Below, piece after piece: positions 28,594 to 43,564 of a DNA stretch of 64,000 nucleotides. Origin of the DNA: the human T2T-CHM13v2.0 reference genome, Homo sapiens; the NCBI RefSeq assembly GCF_009914755.1, contig NC_060929.1. One strand, written 5' to 3'. Within the stretch, counting starts at the first letter, position 1. Every line of letters begins with the position of its first letter. The notes under the pieces were generated by a model, which did not search any database, was not told the origin of the DNA, and saw only the letters and a program-made list of their open reading frames with translations. Position numbers and translations under genes: made by a program.

Positions 28594-28999
28594 TCCGTTA
28601 AAGTGAATGCTATGAATATATGGATCTCTATTTTAAAAAACCTTCCAAATCAGAGCAGATGGCCGATTTATCTCTAACAATATTAAACATAATGGTATTT
28701 TACTACTATGAAATTATATAGGCACCTTTCAAGGTTCATTTTTAACAAAGTTGCAAGAGTGTTGGGAAGTGTAGCTTCACATTAAAAAACAGCAAAAGAA
28801 ACAAACCTTTGGGAGGAAATTGTGATTCAGTTCACCACCACTATTATGTCTTTTAAATGAACTGATAAACATATGCTTAAACACATTGCTGTCTAATTTA
28901 GTTGTTCTTTCAGACAAACTCCACGAATGTTTTAAAAATCTTAACCAACCACATTAAAAGAACGGCCAGGATTATCTAAGTGGGGAACATGCTTTTCCA

Positions 29000-29356
29000 T
29001 CAGTGTCCTATTCCAGAACTGCACTCCTTTCTGGATGCTCTAGGAAAGAATCTGTTACCTTGCCTTCAGCAGCTGCTAGAAGCTGCCCACAAATCCAGTG
29101 GTGACCAGCTGAGTATTCTGCATAACGATCACTCTGACTCTTCTTCTTCCATCACATCTCCTTCAAATCTCCTGCCTACCTCTTTCACTTACAAGCATCC
29201 TTGTAATTACATTGAGCCCAGCAGATAATCCAGGATAATCTCCCCATTTCAAGATTTGTAGCGTAATCATATCTACACAGTCCCTTTTATTCAGGGAAGA
29301 ACAGGTTCGGGGAAGGACATGGACATCTTTGCAGGACCATTTTTCTGCCTACCACA
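29000..29356 (-). mobile_element. MLT1C/D-type LTR fragment
   Basis: gataatccaggataatctccccatttcaagat...ctgcctaccaca terminus. Confidence 0.75.
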
Positions 29357-29512
29357 ATCAGATAAATGCAGTGCTCTTATTTCTTCTTTCATGTAATCTT
29401 AGGTCTAACAAACCATACTCATTTTCTTCTAATCATTAAATTGATGATTCAGAGTTTAATTCTTGAAATACTATTTATTTGGCTTTCAGGACCTTGAGAA
29501 AACAATCTTTCT

Positions 29513-29850
<338 letters not shown>

Positions 29851-30232
29851 GAGAAAACAATCTTTCTAATGTCTGCCCCACATTAATTCTAATTTGTACA
29901 ATTTCCATTTCCTTAATTTGTATACCATTGTACTACCTGTGGTCCATGTTTGCCTCATATTTTTTAAGTACCTCATTAAAAATAACCTCTCAAATTCTGT
30001 TAAAGTGAATACTATGAATATATGGACCTGCATATGAAAGAAAATTCTCCCACATCAAAGCAGATGGCCCATTTATCTCTAGCAATATTAAACATAATGA
30101 TATTTTGGACTGTGAAATTATACAGACACCCTTTAAGGTTCTGTATACTTTTAACCCTGCACCCCCTTTCCATATCTCTGTCCCAGAACTTCCATTAGGT
30201 TCTTACCTTTCTGTGAATCAAATGCAAGCGAG

Positions 30233-30614
<382 letters not shown>

Positions 30615-31064
30615 TTAGTGGTAGTCGCCACAAGAAATGAAGGTTTATACAGAAATCTCAGACACAGAAAACTCAGACCAATTACAAGAATCCTCCACAC
30701 AGCCAAGGAGTCTTCTGCACATCCAAAAAATACATGGGAACCCCAGAATTTGTAGGTTTAGAGGGTCAGCTCCAGTGAATGCAATACAAATGGAGACAGT
30801 GAATTCTGAAATTACACCTGGTTTTCTCTAACTAATGCATCTTCTCCTTTCCTTAGACTCCAAATGCAGCAGTTTTTGCTAAGGATATGTAATCTATAAG
30901 GCCAGAGAACAGTTCTGTTCATGATTGTAAATAACTAAATCCAGGTCACCTGCACCCTGCACCACATCAGGTAATTCAGCCTACACAGAAGTTGCCCTGA
31001 AAGCAAGAAATTCCTTTTTGCTATTGCTTTCATATATTGTGCCACGATATATTGAAGAACCTAA

Positions 31065-31535
<471 letters not shown>

Positions 31536-33895
31536 ATCCTATGGTTTTAAAAGCAGTTCCAAAAAGAATTTAAAACACCATTTCAACAACTGTGGTACAT
31601 TTGGGGGGAAGAAAGTAACAAGCCTCCCTGGGCAAGTACTTTTAAGGATAGCTCTCATGTAGCTATGGGGATTTGGTTTTATTAAAAACCAATATATCAA
31701 TGTTATTACTGCTCCGTCCCACCCACAAATCAAGATAAACATTTTATAGTCTGTGTTTTCAGTCTAAGATAGTTTAAATATGTGGAGTGAAATGTTTTAA
31801 ATGAACCATTTATTTGATGAAAACATTACCACACGTATCTGCCTATATAGCATTGTCATAAATTGTGCAAAACAGGTATATCCAATACAGCAAGAATTTT
31901 GGATAAATGTCATCTCTAGTGCCCAAATTTGCCCAACATTTGGTCAGATAAGTATTTAACTAGATAAATGATTTATTACAACATATTACTAATATTAAAT
32001 GTACAAGTACAAATAATATTTGTAAAATATGCAATTTTATTCTGAAATAAATAACAAACACAAGACTTAAATTTTAACAGTTTGGTCCTCTAATGGCTTA
32101 CATGGTTCATGCATGATTGCAATTTTAAATGGGTTGGGAATCCCAACAACCTGTAAATTGAAAATAAATTTGCCTTCTGATGATGGTTAAATTGTAAAAT
32201 CTCTACAGACTGAAAAGATTGACTTTTAGACTAGCTAGAATTGACTTGAAACTAAGGGAATCTATTACTATATCTAAAGAAAGAATGTGCCAATCAAAAT
32301 GTTTTGGTGGATGAACAGGATGAGGAAACGGGGTTATTCAGCCATTAAAGCACCAAAATCTGAAAAGTAGAAAGACTAACCATGGCACTGCCCAGACAAA
32401 ACACTATCTGAGAGAATAGGAACTGCAGCACAGTCTATGGGGCAGGTGTAGCCAACTGCAGTCAGACCATTTTAGCTCCCTACCATTCAACATTCAACTC
32501 ACGCAACTAAACTCCTCTTTTCCAATTCATGAATAAATTCACTAGAATTCTCATGTCTCTTTTCATATCCTTAAAGATTATAATTACCATTATGGAATTA
32601 AAAATCTATATTCTCATATCATACTTTTTGAATTATGTATCCCTGGGAGGTCACACCTAGGATATGAATCTGTTCTCAGTACACTGACCAAACCATGTTT
32701 CTATGACTTAAAGATTAAACTACTACTACCACACTGAAACTACTACCGAGTGGGAGCAGCTCAAAACCAGTGGATCAGGAGAGTTGAAGATTTGAAGGAG
32801 AGTGGTTAAAGAAAGGGGAAAATTATGTTTGCTGAATAGAAGGGTAGGAGAAGGTGGGAGGAGAAAAGGAGAGATTTTATGAGGTCAAAGAACAGGTATT
32901 GCAGCGGTCACTGAGTAATTCAGAATCTAATTGCTTTTCAACAGTTTGGACCTTACAGAAATATGTGAGAAAATATAGGAACAATCTTTTTGTACAGCCT
33001 TCCCTGAGTTCAATTAATTCAGTCAGAATGTAGATCATTTACTTAAATACCGAAGTTTGACAAATTAAAGGCCAAGGTGTTTGAATCCTGGAAATACATT
33101 CAATTCCCCCCAAAACATCTCTTAATAAAAAGTGAGTAAACAAATTGAATGCCCTTTTCAATCATTTCCTATTAGATTAGTAAATAAGGAATAAGTAATG
33201 CCATCACTTGTGAAGGTTATCACCTCCAGTATGGTAATTACCAAAATGAAAACTGGAGTAAACATGGAAAGGAAAATAGACCTAGGAAAATATGAAAGTA
33301 GAACCTGGTATACATCCAAGAAATCTTATCACATATTGGCATGGCAAAAAGTGGTCCTTTAGGAAATTCTGATTTCATTTCACTCTAATCATATGTGATA
33401 TATCCAAACTGAGGAGACAGTGGGTGTAAATATATTGCTAGTATTGGCATCTCAAACAGAAAGAATGCAAATATCATTTCCAATAATCCAAGCAAGTGTT
33501 TAATTATCTTACAAAATAACCAAAAAATGTTTTCAAAGAATGTCTTATAATTATATAGCAAAATTCTTCTGGGGGTATTTTTTCTTAAAATGTTCTAGAC
33601 ACCATATAACATATTAAATATTTTTCCATGTGCTAAAAAGATGCTAGCAATGAGTAGCTCAGAAACATATATCTTGCCTGTTCCCTAAGTCACTTATTCA
33701 CCTGCCTAAGTTGATTCTGCAAGTGAGCGTTAATAAAAAAAAGACAGACAAGCGATGGTTGTGATGATGATTCTTGTTTTACCTATTTAAAAGAAAATCT
33801 CATTAGTTTGGATTTGCTTCAAGTGTGAACAAAAATGGAATCAGTCTAAACAAAAAGATTCTGATGATACCACCATTCTAGGTTAAGGTCATTAC

Positions 33896-33896
<1 letters not shown>

Positions 33897-33930
<34 letters not shown>
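33897..33930. repeat. (AC)17 microsatellite
   Basis: Direct reading. Confidence 0.97.
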
Positions 33931-33932
<2 letters not shown>

Positions 33933-35846
33933 CAGATTTCTAAAGCAAGATGAATGTCTTGCTATACAATGTTTTCTTGAACTGTGAAACTGACTATTCA
34001 ATAAAAATCTGGGAATAACTATAACTATCAATATTTTTATAAATAGAAGAGGCACTTATTTATGCAAAATGATTGAAGTGCAACCCTTACTTCAAAAAGA
34101 ATATGATGATCATAGGTACTCTAATTTTTTTGGATTCCATTAACTATTGCCCATTCTTTAAAAGATTCTATTATTTTAGATTTAATAGGTTAGATTGCTA
34201 TAAATCTGTTTATTTTTCTGGAAACCTACATATCTTACTGTACTTATTTTAGTTTGTAAATGTCATTATTTGAAATGTTGACTTTTTTTTATACTATTAT
34301 CTAGTGTGTTATAAAAACATTAATAAAAGTTTTCTGGGAATTCAATTGGTCTATCAAGTATACCGTATAAACAAAGTACTTTTGTAAGCACTGTGAGGCA
34401 TACCAAAGTGCTGAACAATCTATATCCTTTATAACTTACTTTGTGTTTTAAAACAAAGTAATGTATGAGTAAAGAGACAACTAATGTGATAATGCTTTAT
34501 ATTTTATAAAAGAACCAACCGATTATCTAAACATAATAGTCTAATAACCCAAAATGCAAGCCATAAATACTCTTTGACTACACATGAGTTTTCTGCATGT
34601 GGCTTCATAGATGCAGTCTGAGTAACAATAACAAGTTTATGCAGATACATAATAAAATGAACTTAATGTAGAATACATATAAGCCAACTTCCCAAAAGAG
34701 CAGTAATGCCAAAGAAACCCAGTTTTAATTATAAACATATATTAACAGGTTTCCTAAAGTGGTTTCCATTTTAACTTTTGGAATAGCAAATTTAAAAGAT
34801 GTAACAGCATCTTTTGCTTTATTACACACCTTTGTTATTAGTGCAACAAAAGAAAGAACAGTGTGTAAATTCCTGGAGTACAACCAAATGAGTCATCTAT
34901 TCAATTTGCTTTAATTTTCTTTAGTAGGAGAGTCAGGGAACTATTACACCATGTGAATAAGGCTTACATTTTTAAATTGTATCTTCCTCATTGTCAGTAT
35001 CTTTCTAAGATTTTCTGAATCAAATAAAATGGCTGATTCATGCTACATTGCATGAATATGAAGTTCTCCTATTAACTAGCATGGACTGATGGTTTACATT
35101 CCTAATATGTCCAAATGACTTCAATATCATTTTTATAATGCAATTACATATTAAAATGCATATTTTCACATTGATAATGCCAACATAAACAAACCTGAGA
35201 AGTCCCTGTTAAAGTTGGTATGTTCCAATTGCCTGGGCTTATATTCAAGGCTTTGTGCATAGTAATTGACTGCACAAACAATTCATCCTGGAAGAGTTCT
35301 TCATGCCTCTTATTATCCCCAAATCAATTGACATAATTTATAACATATTCTCAATTAAAGTTAAATCAGAAACCTGAAACCTCCAACTCTAGATTGGTTT
35401 ACTATGTAGCTGTTATCAGTAGCAACATTTTAAATATTTCAAAAGATACTCTTGAATTATGGGAAATACAAAACAAAATAAATAACTTGCTTAGAAATAA
35501 TAATAAAAAATTAGTTTAAGATGATCTATGTCACTTCCCAAAGAACAGACAGAAATTATTTTAGCAACAATTTTATGTTTTTGTTTTTCTGTTTGTAAAT
35601 TTGACTTCCAAATGCATTTATTTTTTGATAGCAATGAGTATGTAACCTATATTACTAACTGAAGAGGTAATTTAATGTATTTATTCTACTTTAAGTATAT
35701 ACCTTTATAATAAAGTATTAATAACTTTTGTATAAATATATATTTACAGTTCCTAGAGGGAAAATCTCAATAATGTCATTGCATTTTGGGTTGGAATCTT
35801 AGTTAATTCTTGTATTGAAAGGTATAACCAAAAAATTGCTAATTCA

Positions 35847-36107
<261 letters not shown>

Positions 36108-37092
36108 TTATAGTCCATATATGATTTTGAAATTGAGCTTTTTAGAAACAAAGTCAAACATGTTTTTTCTAGAAACAATTCCATAATATTGGCTAAAATA
36201 TTTTAAATAGTGCAACTGATACTGTATTAAAGGAAATTTAAGTTAATCTCATTTTTGTGCACAGGCATTGGAACCTGAAAAAATTGAAATTTTGGGTCAC
36301 AGAAACATAGCAAGAGGTAAGATGCCTTATTCTTTTAGAGGTGACAATTTTTTCATGATGGTGAGTGACTAATTTAACTTCTTGACTGTATAAATTTGTA
36401 TGGATAAAAATTAATTTTCTAAGCCAACAACTTCTAGATCTCAACTGGAGATAAAAAAAATTGGAGAAATCAGGGAAATATGGGGACATCAGATATAAAT
36501 ATACTCATTTTAATATATAAGCATTGTTCATATTTTGATCATCGCTTGGGTTCTCACAAATCACTGACTATATATCAGGTTTGTCATCAATTCTTAGTGT
36601 GCTTGTGTTCATTTTCAAAATAATTGTCATCAAGCGTTTTCATGACATCTTAATGGGTACAGTAAAATATACAAACACAACCAAGGGAAGATTATAGAAG
36701 AAGTGAAATTGTCACTACTTCCAATTTTGCCTGATTCTATAAAGGTATAAAAGACAAATTAAGATTTTGAAGCTACAACCAAAACAGACAATGTAAGGCA
36801 GTTTTCAGGTTCTGAAATCATTTCCTGTGTATTGCTTCATTTTTATCTTGATCATTACATATGCCAAAAAGACAAGTAGTGGAGAAGCTACGGTCTCTAT
36901 TTTTGCCAAATAAGGGAATTGAGGCTTGGAATTCAGAATTTGCCCAGTCACAAGGCAAGTACTTGTTAGAGCCAGAATTGTCTTTTGATACCTAAACGAA
37001 TTCATATTGCTTTGGAAATTGTTACACAGATACATGCTACAGATGCAGAGTTATACAATCCTATACCTACATGAGATTGTGTATATAAACAA

Positions 37093-37240
37093 TTGCAGTA
37101 GGTAGCATTCCAGATCTCCATGATCTTCATCCCTTGATGTTATACCCATTAAATATGTCACATTACCTGGCAAAAGGGATTTAGCAAATACAGGTAAGAC
37201 TCCTAATCAGCTAACCTTAAAATGAGAAGATAATCCTAAA
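37093..37240 (+). mobile_element. MLT1 (E-like) LTR 5' fragment
   Basis: tgcagtaggtagcattc...tggcaaaagggatttagcaaat...accttaaaatgagaagataatcc. Confidence 0.6.
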
Positions 37241-38439
37241 TCTGCACATTACAATTGTTCTTTTATGGGGCCATTTATATAGTACCCCAAATAATGTTTT
37301 AAATTATGACTTTATTTTTAAAAATTAATATATTATATATACATGATAAATCTCACACTACATAAATTTCATATGGAATCCTGCAACAGGTTAATTTTAG
37401 TTATAAATGTTGTTACTTTAGAAATAGGTACAAATTGATACAAATTAGCCTAGCAATTTTCTAACCCGAAACTTTAATACCTATTTTTTAATTCATCCAA
37501 ACCACTTAATTAATCTCATATATATTTTTGGTCTGTTCTTTGGGAAACCATAGAGTGTTATACCAATCCTTAAAACATGTTTGTATATTTATGTCTTATA
37601 CTTAACTTAAATATCTTCTCTAATGGAAAGTATTGGGTTTTGAGGGGTTGTTGCTGTTCGCTTGTTTTGAGAGGAGGAGGTAGCAAAAATAAATTATTTA
37701 AAATGCAAACAATTATTGTATATTAAAATCTTAAGTGCAATATGCACTTATTTTTTATTCATTTTTGAGGTATATATGATATTTAAATAAATTTGAACTG
37801 CTAAAAGATAGGAAGTAGTAAAGAGTTTTCTGAATACTAAGTACTGAACACAGAAACAACCAGCCATGAACTAGTAGATTACAAAAAACTTTCATGCTCA
37901 TGGCCACCTTCATTTTAAAATCCAGTTCTGTTGCATAGAAACTTAGCTCTAAAACAAGAACATATTCCAATTGTTTTTCATTTTAACATCCTGAGTTCCA
38001 CCTTTAAAAAATCTTCCTTTTATACCATATTTACAATTAAGACCTCTAAAGCAAAATGTAAAATAAAAACAACCTTAGATATTTTAGTAGTTTCTGTTAT
38101 AAGTTATAAATCAAGACACAACTTATAGTCTATCTTCAGAATGGAAAGTAAGCACATCTAGGTGGAAAGAGTAAAAAGAAAGCAGAGACCACCTGATGAC
38201 TTAGGAGACATTAATTAATATTCTGTTACAGTCAAGTACTCCCCAAATGCAATAATTTAAAGTCAGAAACATAATAAAAACATATATCATATCAATTCTA
38301 GGATTGCTAACCTTTGCCAATCAGTGAATTTTTCAGAACATTCCAGGTTCCTATATCTTGCCTATACCATTCTCTTTTGGATTGTGTCTCAGAATAACTT
38401 TCCCCTTTTAACAGCCAGACCACAATTAAGAAAATAATA

Positions 38440-38680
38440 ATACCAGATGTTTATTGAGGACCTGTATTGTGCCAGCATTTGTAAGCACATTACATGGGTT
38501 ATTTCTTTTAATCTCTACAACAGCTCTATTAGATTGCTATTGCTTTATCCACACTCGAGGAATGAGGAAACAGGTTATGTATATAACCTCTAAAAGGTAT
38601 CAGGGCAAATAAATGTTTCATCCAGGATCCAATTCCTAGTCTATCTGATTAGAAAAATCTTTCTCTTAACCAATACAATA
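38440..38680 (-). mobile_element. MIR
   Basis: tttattgaggacctgtattgtgccagc...atgaggaaacagg. Confidence 0.7.
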
Positions 38681-38862
38681 CACCAACATGCCAGAAAGTT
38701 ATAGCTCAAAGACTGAAGTCTTTTTGATAAGTATTTTGCCAAAAAGTAAAAAAATATATATAAAATAAAATAAAGAAAAACAACAGTTTATTAACCAATT
38801 ATTTTTCTAAAATCAGAATGTGTACCAAGTATTGTGCTACAGCACTGGAGATACTATACTGT

Positions 38863-38920
38863 CGCCACCAGCACCACCACCACCGTCACCATCACCATCA
38901 TCATCATGATCATCATCATA
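38863..38920. repeat. Imperfect (CAC)n(CAT)n trinucleotide repeat
   Basis: Direct reading. Confidence 0.85.
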
Positions 38921-39902
38921 TCCATCATGGGCCACAGATATGGTTCTATGCACTTAACCTCTATTAAACCCTTAAAATAACCTTACAAGTCAGGCTCTAT
39001 TATTATCCCCGTTTTACACATGAGAAAACCAAAGTTAGTAATCCGTTGAAGCAGAAAATGTGACTCTTGAAACCTAGGAGCTTTACTTTGTCTAATGCTT
39101 ACTTCTTTACTTCATAGTTACCATTCTCTATGTAGATTTCTGTGATCTGTTTTGTACATTTTTCTTTCACATTATTCTATAAATATGTAACTCTCTATGA
39201 ACATTTTAATGGTACATATAATATGTGCTAATAAATTAGAAAATATTGTTAAACTGTTCTATTGTATCAGAAATGATAAATTATCAAAAACGGAAAGGGG
39301 ATAACAAGAAAGTATTCCACTAACTACGAAAGACTCTAGAAACAGTATACACAAAAGTACCCACCAAACAGATCAGACTGCTAGTAGGTGAGTTATTTCA
39401 AAACTTAAGGAACAGAAAACTCATGCAGTATTTAAAGTGTTTCAGAGAAGAAGAGCTCCCCAAGTAATTCTATCCGTCTGGCATTTTTTCCAATACCAAG
39501 CTTAATAAAGTTAGTATAACATGTCATTTATGAAAATAGATGCAAATGTCCCAACAAAAATATTAGCAAATTACATTCAGATATATTTTAAATAATTATC
39601 CACAATGGCACAAACATATAACAAAATACAATAGTTAAAACCAAGTACTACTGACACACTAATAGAGAAGTAGCTTAATAAATAAGTCCCTGAAAAGATG
39701 CAAATTATATCATAGCATTTAGTGTATAATACATGTTTCTTTTTCTAACAGTTGTTTTAAGTCATGTGGGGAAGCACAGATAACAGTTTGGTAGGAAAAA
39801 CAAATAGCATTTCTTATACTCTTAAATATAATGCCAACAGCAGAAATCATAAAGGGAAACACAAGCATATTTTATAAAATAAATCTGTTTTAAATTTAAT
39901 GA

Positions 39903-39982
39903 CTTTTTTTTTTTGAGACAGGGTCTTGCTCTGTCACCTCCCAAGCTGGAATGCAGTGGTGTGATCACAGCTCATTGCAGCC
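39903..39982 (-). mobile_element. Alu/FLAM 3' fragment (J-type)
   Basis: T tail plus gagacagggtcttgctctgtc...gatcacagctcattgcagcc. Confidence 0.8.
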
Positions 39983-40125
39983 AACTTTAACAACTTTTAA
40001 CAAACATAGTAAGTGCAATATAAAGGCAAATAAAATGTGAGAAAACATATTTGCAATACCTCACTTCCTTAATATTTTTGAGCAATGAGACTGAATCTCA
40101 GCACTCAATATAAAAAGGGAATCTG

Positions 40126-40413
40126 AGCTAGGAGCGGTGGCTCATGCCTGTAATCCCAGCACTTTGGGAGGCTGAGGCAGGAGGATCACTTATGGTCAGG
40201 AGTACAAGACTAGCCTGGCCAACATGGTGAAACCCTGTTTCTACCAAGAATACAAAAAATTAGCTGGGCATGGTGGCACATGCCTATAATCTGAGCTACT
40301 TGGGAGGCTGAGACAGGCGAATCCCTTGAATCCAGGAGGCAGACATTTCAGTGAGCCGAGATGGCTCCAGTGCACTCCAGCCGTAGATGATGGAGCGAGA
40401 CTCTGTCTAAAAA
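40126..40413 (+). mobile_element. Alu (AluS)
   Basis: Full dimer, short A tail. Confidence 0.9.
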
Positions 40414-40605
40414 TTTCTACCCCATCCTTTCAACCAACTAGATAATTTGCTTGTTTATTTTCCGTTTCTCTCCATTACAATATAAGCTCTATGTGAGAAA
40501 AGATTTTCAGCTTTTTGATCACTGTAATTTTGGCACTCAAAACACTTCTTACATCTGTCTGAGTTTAATAAAATGTTGTTGAATAAGTACAACTATAAGG
40601 TGAAT

Positions 40606-42420
40606 GGATTCCCAGAAGATTCTGAAGTAGGAAGCACCAAGAATCTGCCTCCCTACCTAGGCAAAAATTGCACTGGCAGAATTTGTCTGATGTAACTATT
40701 TTGAAACTCTGGAATCTATTGAGGGCTTGAAACTTTCAGAGGATGCTTTTTTACAAAAAAATTTTAAAGACCATCCTAAGACCATATGAAATCTTGAAAA
40801 AGAAGAACCAATCTGGAGGACTCACACTTCCTTATTTTAAAACTTACTGCAATGCTACAGTAATCAAAACAGTGTGGTCTGACACGAAGAGAGACATAGA
40901 AACAAATGGAATAGAATAGAAAGCTCAGAAATAAAGTTTCACATATATGGTGAGAGGATTTTTGACAAGCGTGCCAAAGCCATTCGATATGGATTGTCAA
41001 TGGGGAAAGGACAGGTTCTTCAACAAATGTTGCTGGTAGAACTGAATATCCATATATAAAAGAATGAAGTTGAGCACTTACCTACATCGTATACAAAAAT
41101 GAACTCAAAATAGATCAAATATAAATCTAAGATCTAAAACTTCAAAACTCTGAGAAGACAAAATAGGGTAAAAATTTCACAACATTAGATTTGGCAATGA
41201 TTTCTTTGATATGACACGAAAGGCACAGGCAACAAAAGAAAAAATAAGCAAATTGGACTTATAAACATTAAAAAGTTTTGTATATCCAAATAAACTACCA
41301 CAGAATAAAAAGGCAACCCACGGAATGAGAAAAAAAATTTGCAAAACATATCTGATAAGGAATTAATATCCAGAATATATAGAGAACTTTAAAACTCAAC
41401 AACAACAAAAACAACTCGATTCAAAAATGGGCAAAGGAATTGAACAGATGTTTTCCCATAGAAGATATACAAATGGCCAATAAACACATGAAAAGATGCT
41501 CAACATCACTAATAGTTGGGAAAATGCAAGTCAAAACTAAAATGAGATACCATTTTACACTAATTAAGATGACTACTGAAAAAATAAAAACCTAAAAAGC
41601 ATAAAATAAAAAGTGTTGTAGAGTATGTGCACTCTTGGTGGGGATGTAGAATGCTATAGCTGCTGTGAAAAACACTATGAAAGTTCCTCCAAAAATTAAA
41701 AATAGAATTACCATAGAATCCAGCAATTACATTTCTGGGTATATAACAAAGGAATTGAAAACAGACTCTGAAAGGGATACTTGTGAAGCCATGTTCATAG
41801 CAGCATTATTCACAATAGCAAAAACTTAGAATATATATGTATATATAATATATATAAACATACACACACATATAAATATACACACACATATAAATATACA
41901 CACACAACATATGCATACATATATACATACATACCACAAGGGAATAGTATACTATTTTGCCTTAAAAAGGAACGACAACACAACATACACATACATACAT
42001 ATATAAACAAAGGAATTCTATTTTGCCTTAAAAGGGAAGAACATTCTAACGTATGCTACAAAACAAATGAACCTTGAAGACATTATGCTAAGTGAAATAA
42101 GCCAGTCTCACAAATAAGGTATGATTCCATTTACATGAGGTACTTAGAGACTTAGAGTAGTCAAAATCACAGAAACAGAAAGTAGGATGGTGGTTGTCAG
42201 GGGCTGGGAAGAGGGAGAAATGGGGAATTATTGTTTAATGAGTATGGATGGGGTTTCTGCATTACAATATAAAGAGAATTATGGAGATGGATGGTCATAA
42301 TGATTGCACAACATTATAAATGTATTTAATATCACTAAACTGTACACCTAAAAACATGATTGACATAGTAAATTTCATGTTATGTGCATTTTACTATAAT
42401 AATTAAATTGAAAATTAAAC
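40606..42420 (+). mobile_element. Old L1M (L1MB-like 3' UTR) with a short 5'-end piece fused to late ORF2
   Basis: 40606-40743 resembles an L1M 5' end; 40745 onward is ORF2 3' region and L1MB-type 3' UTR; (TA/CA)n at 41830-42008 lies inside. Confidence 0.8.
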
Positions 42421-43541
42421 CCCCAAACGCTGTATGATATGATCCATTTTATGGTTAAACATATACTTAAAGATACTTATTTAGCTAAACAAGTCTCAAA
42501 GTACAGACGCCAATATGTCATCATTATACCTTTTCATCAATGAGTGTATACTTGCTTATGGGTTACAAAATACTTGAAATTTTAAAACAAAGACTAGAAA
42601 TTAACTGCCTTTCCTCAAACCAAACAACGATAATTGCCAAAGCCTTTTTCTTAACACATAAACAGGAGCAAAGTATTAGATTTTACAGTTTTTATTTTAT
42701 ACACCTTTTTCCATTCTATACCTTTTTAGAAAGATATGTCTATTTTAGACTTTTAGATTTAGAAGTGGAAATCACACAATTACCAGGGTCTCAAACATGT
42801 AAATTGTTTCAGAACTATTGAGGCATTTAAGAAAGGTAGAAATACAGTTGCCTAAAGGGGAATAAATAGCAGTTTGCAGTGACATACAGATTGTCATTAC
42901 ACAAACAACTCTAAACAGAGCTGTTTAGAAGGTTCTCAGCTCCTCGGCAGACACAGTTCCCAGGTGTTGTCTCTTCCCCTCTGCCAAGTACTTCTGCTTT
43001 TAGCAGGTGTGACTGCATGGTGGGAGGAGGGAAAGAAGTTATGCTTGGAGGAAAGTTATTGCTGCTGGAGCTGATGGGAGTAACTGTCAGGGCACTGCGG
43101 CAATTAGTAGATCAGAGGGCTACCTGCAGCTCCTCCATATGATAATTAAAAACACCACTAAGTACTTTGTTTTTGTTGCACATACTTTTCCTGTCAAACC
43201 TGGATAATAAAATAAATAAAGTTTACTGTCTAGCTCCCATATAGTATTAAAAGTATTTTATTGTAATTTGGCAACCACAGATAAAACCTGAATCTTCCTT
43301 TTAAACTGTTTATAAATTAGACAGCTATGGAAACAGTAGGTCACTTAATCTATTCAGCTCTTAGAGTTTGCCACTACTAAAGTATTTATTGCTTTTTAAT
43401 AATGTACCATTTGTACCATGATTCACAAGTCAATGCATCAGTGCATCAAGTAGATAACAATTTATTAAATAACTTAATGGGTCTATCAAAGGAACACATT
43501 TTTAACGATAAAAAGATGTATATACCAGCAGAGTTGTTCTT

Positions 43542-43564
43542 CATGCATGCATGCATGCATGCAT
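43542..43564. repeat. (CATG)5+ self-complementary tetranucleotide repeat at the tail of a minus-strand L2 (about 43565-43900)
   Basis: catgcatgcatgcatgcatgcat followed by aaatattaactgagtgcctactatatg (L2 3' end). Confidence 0.9.

Noticed and set aside
38863-38930. Poly-His-like coding stretch
   Set aside because: Simple (CAC/CAT)n repeat between MIR/L2 remnants, with no ORF or splice context.
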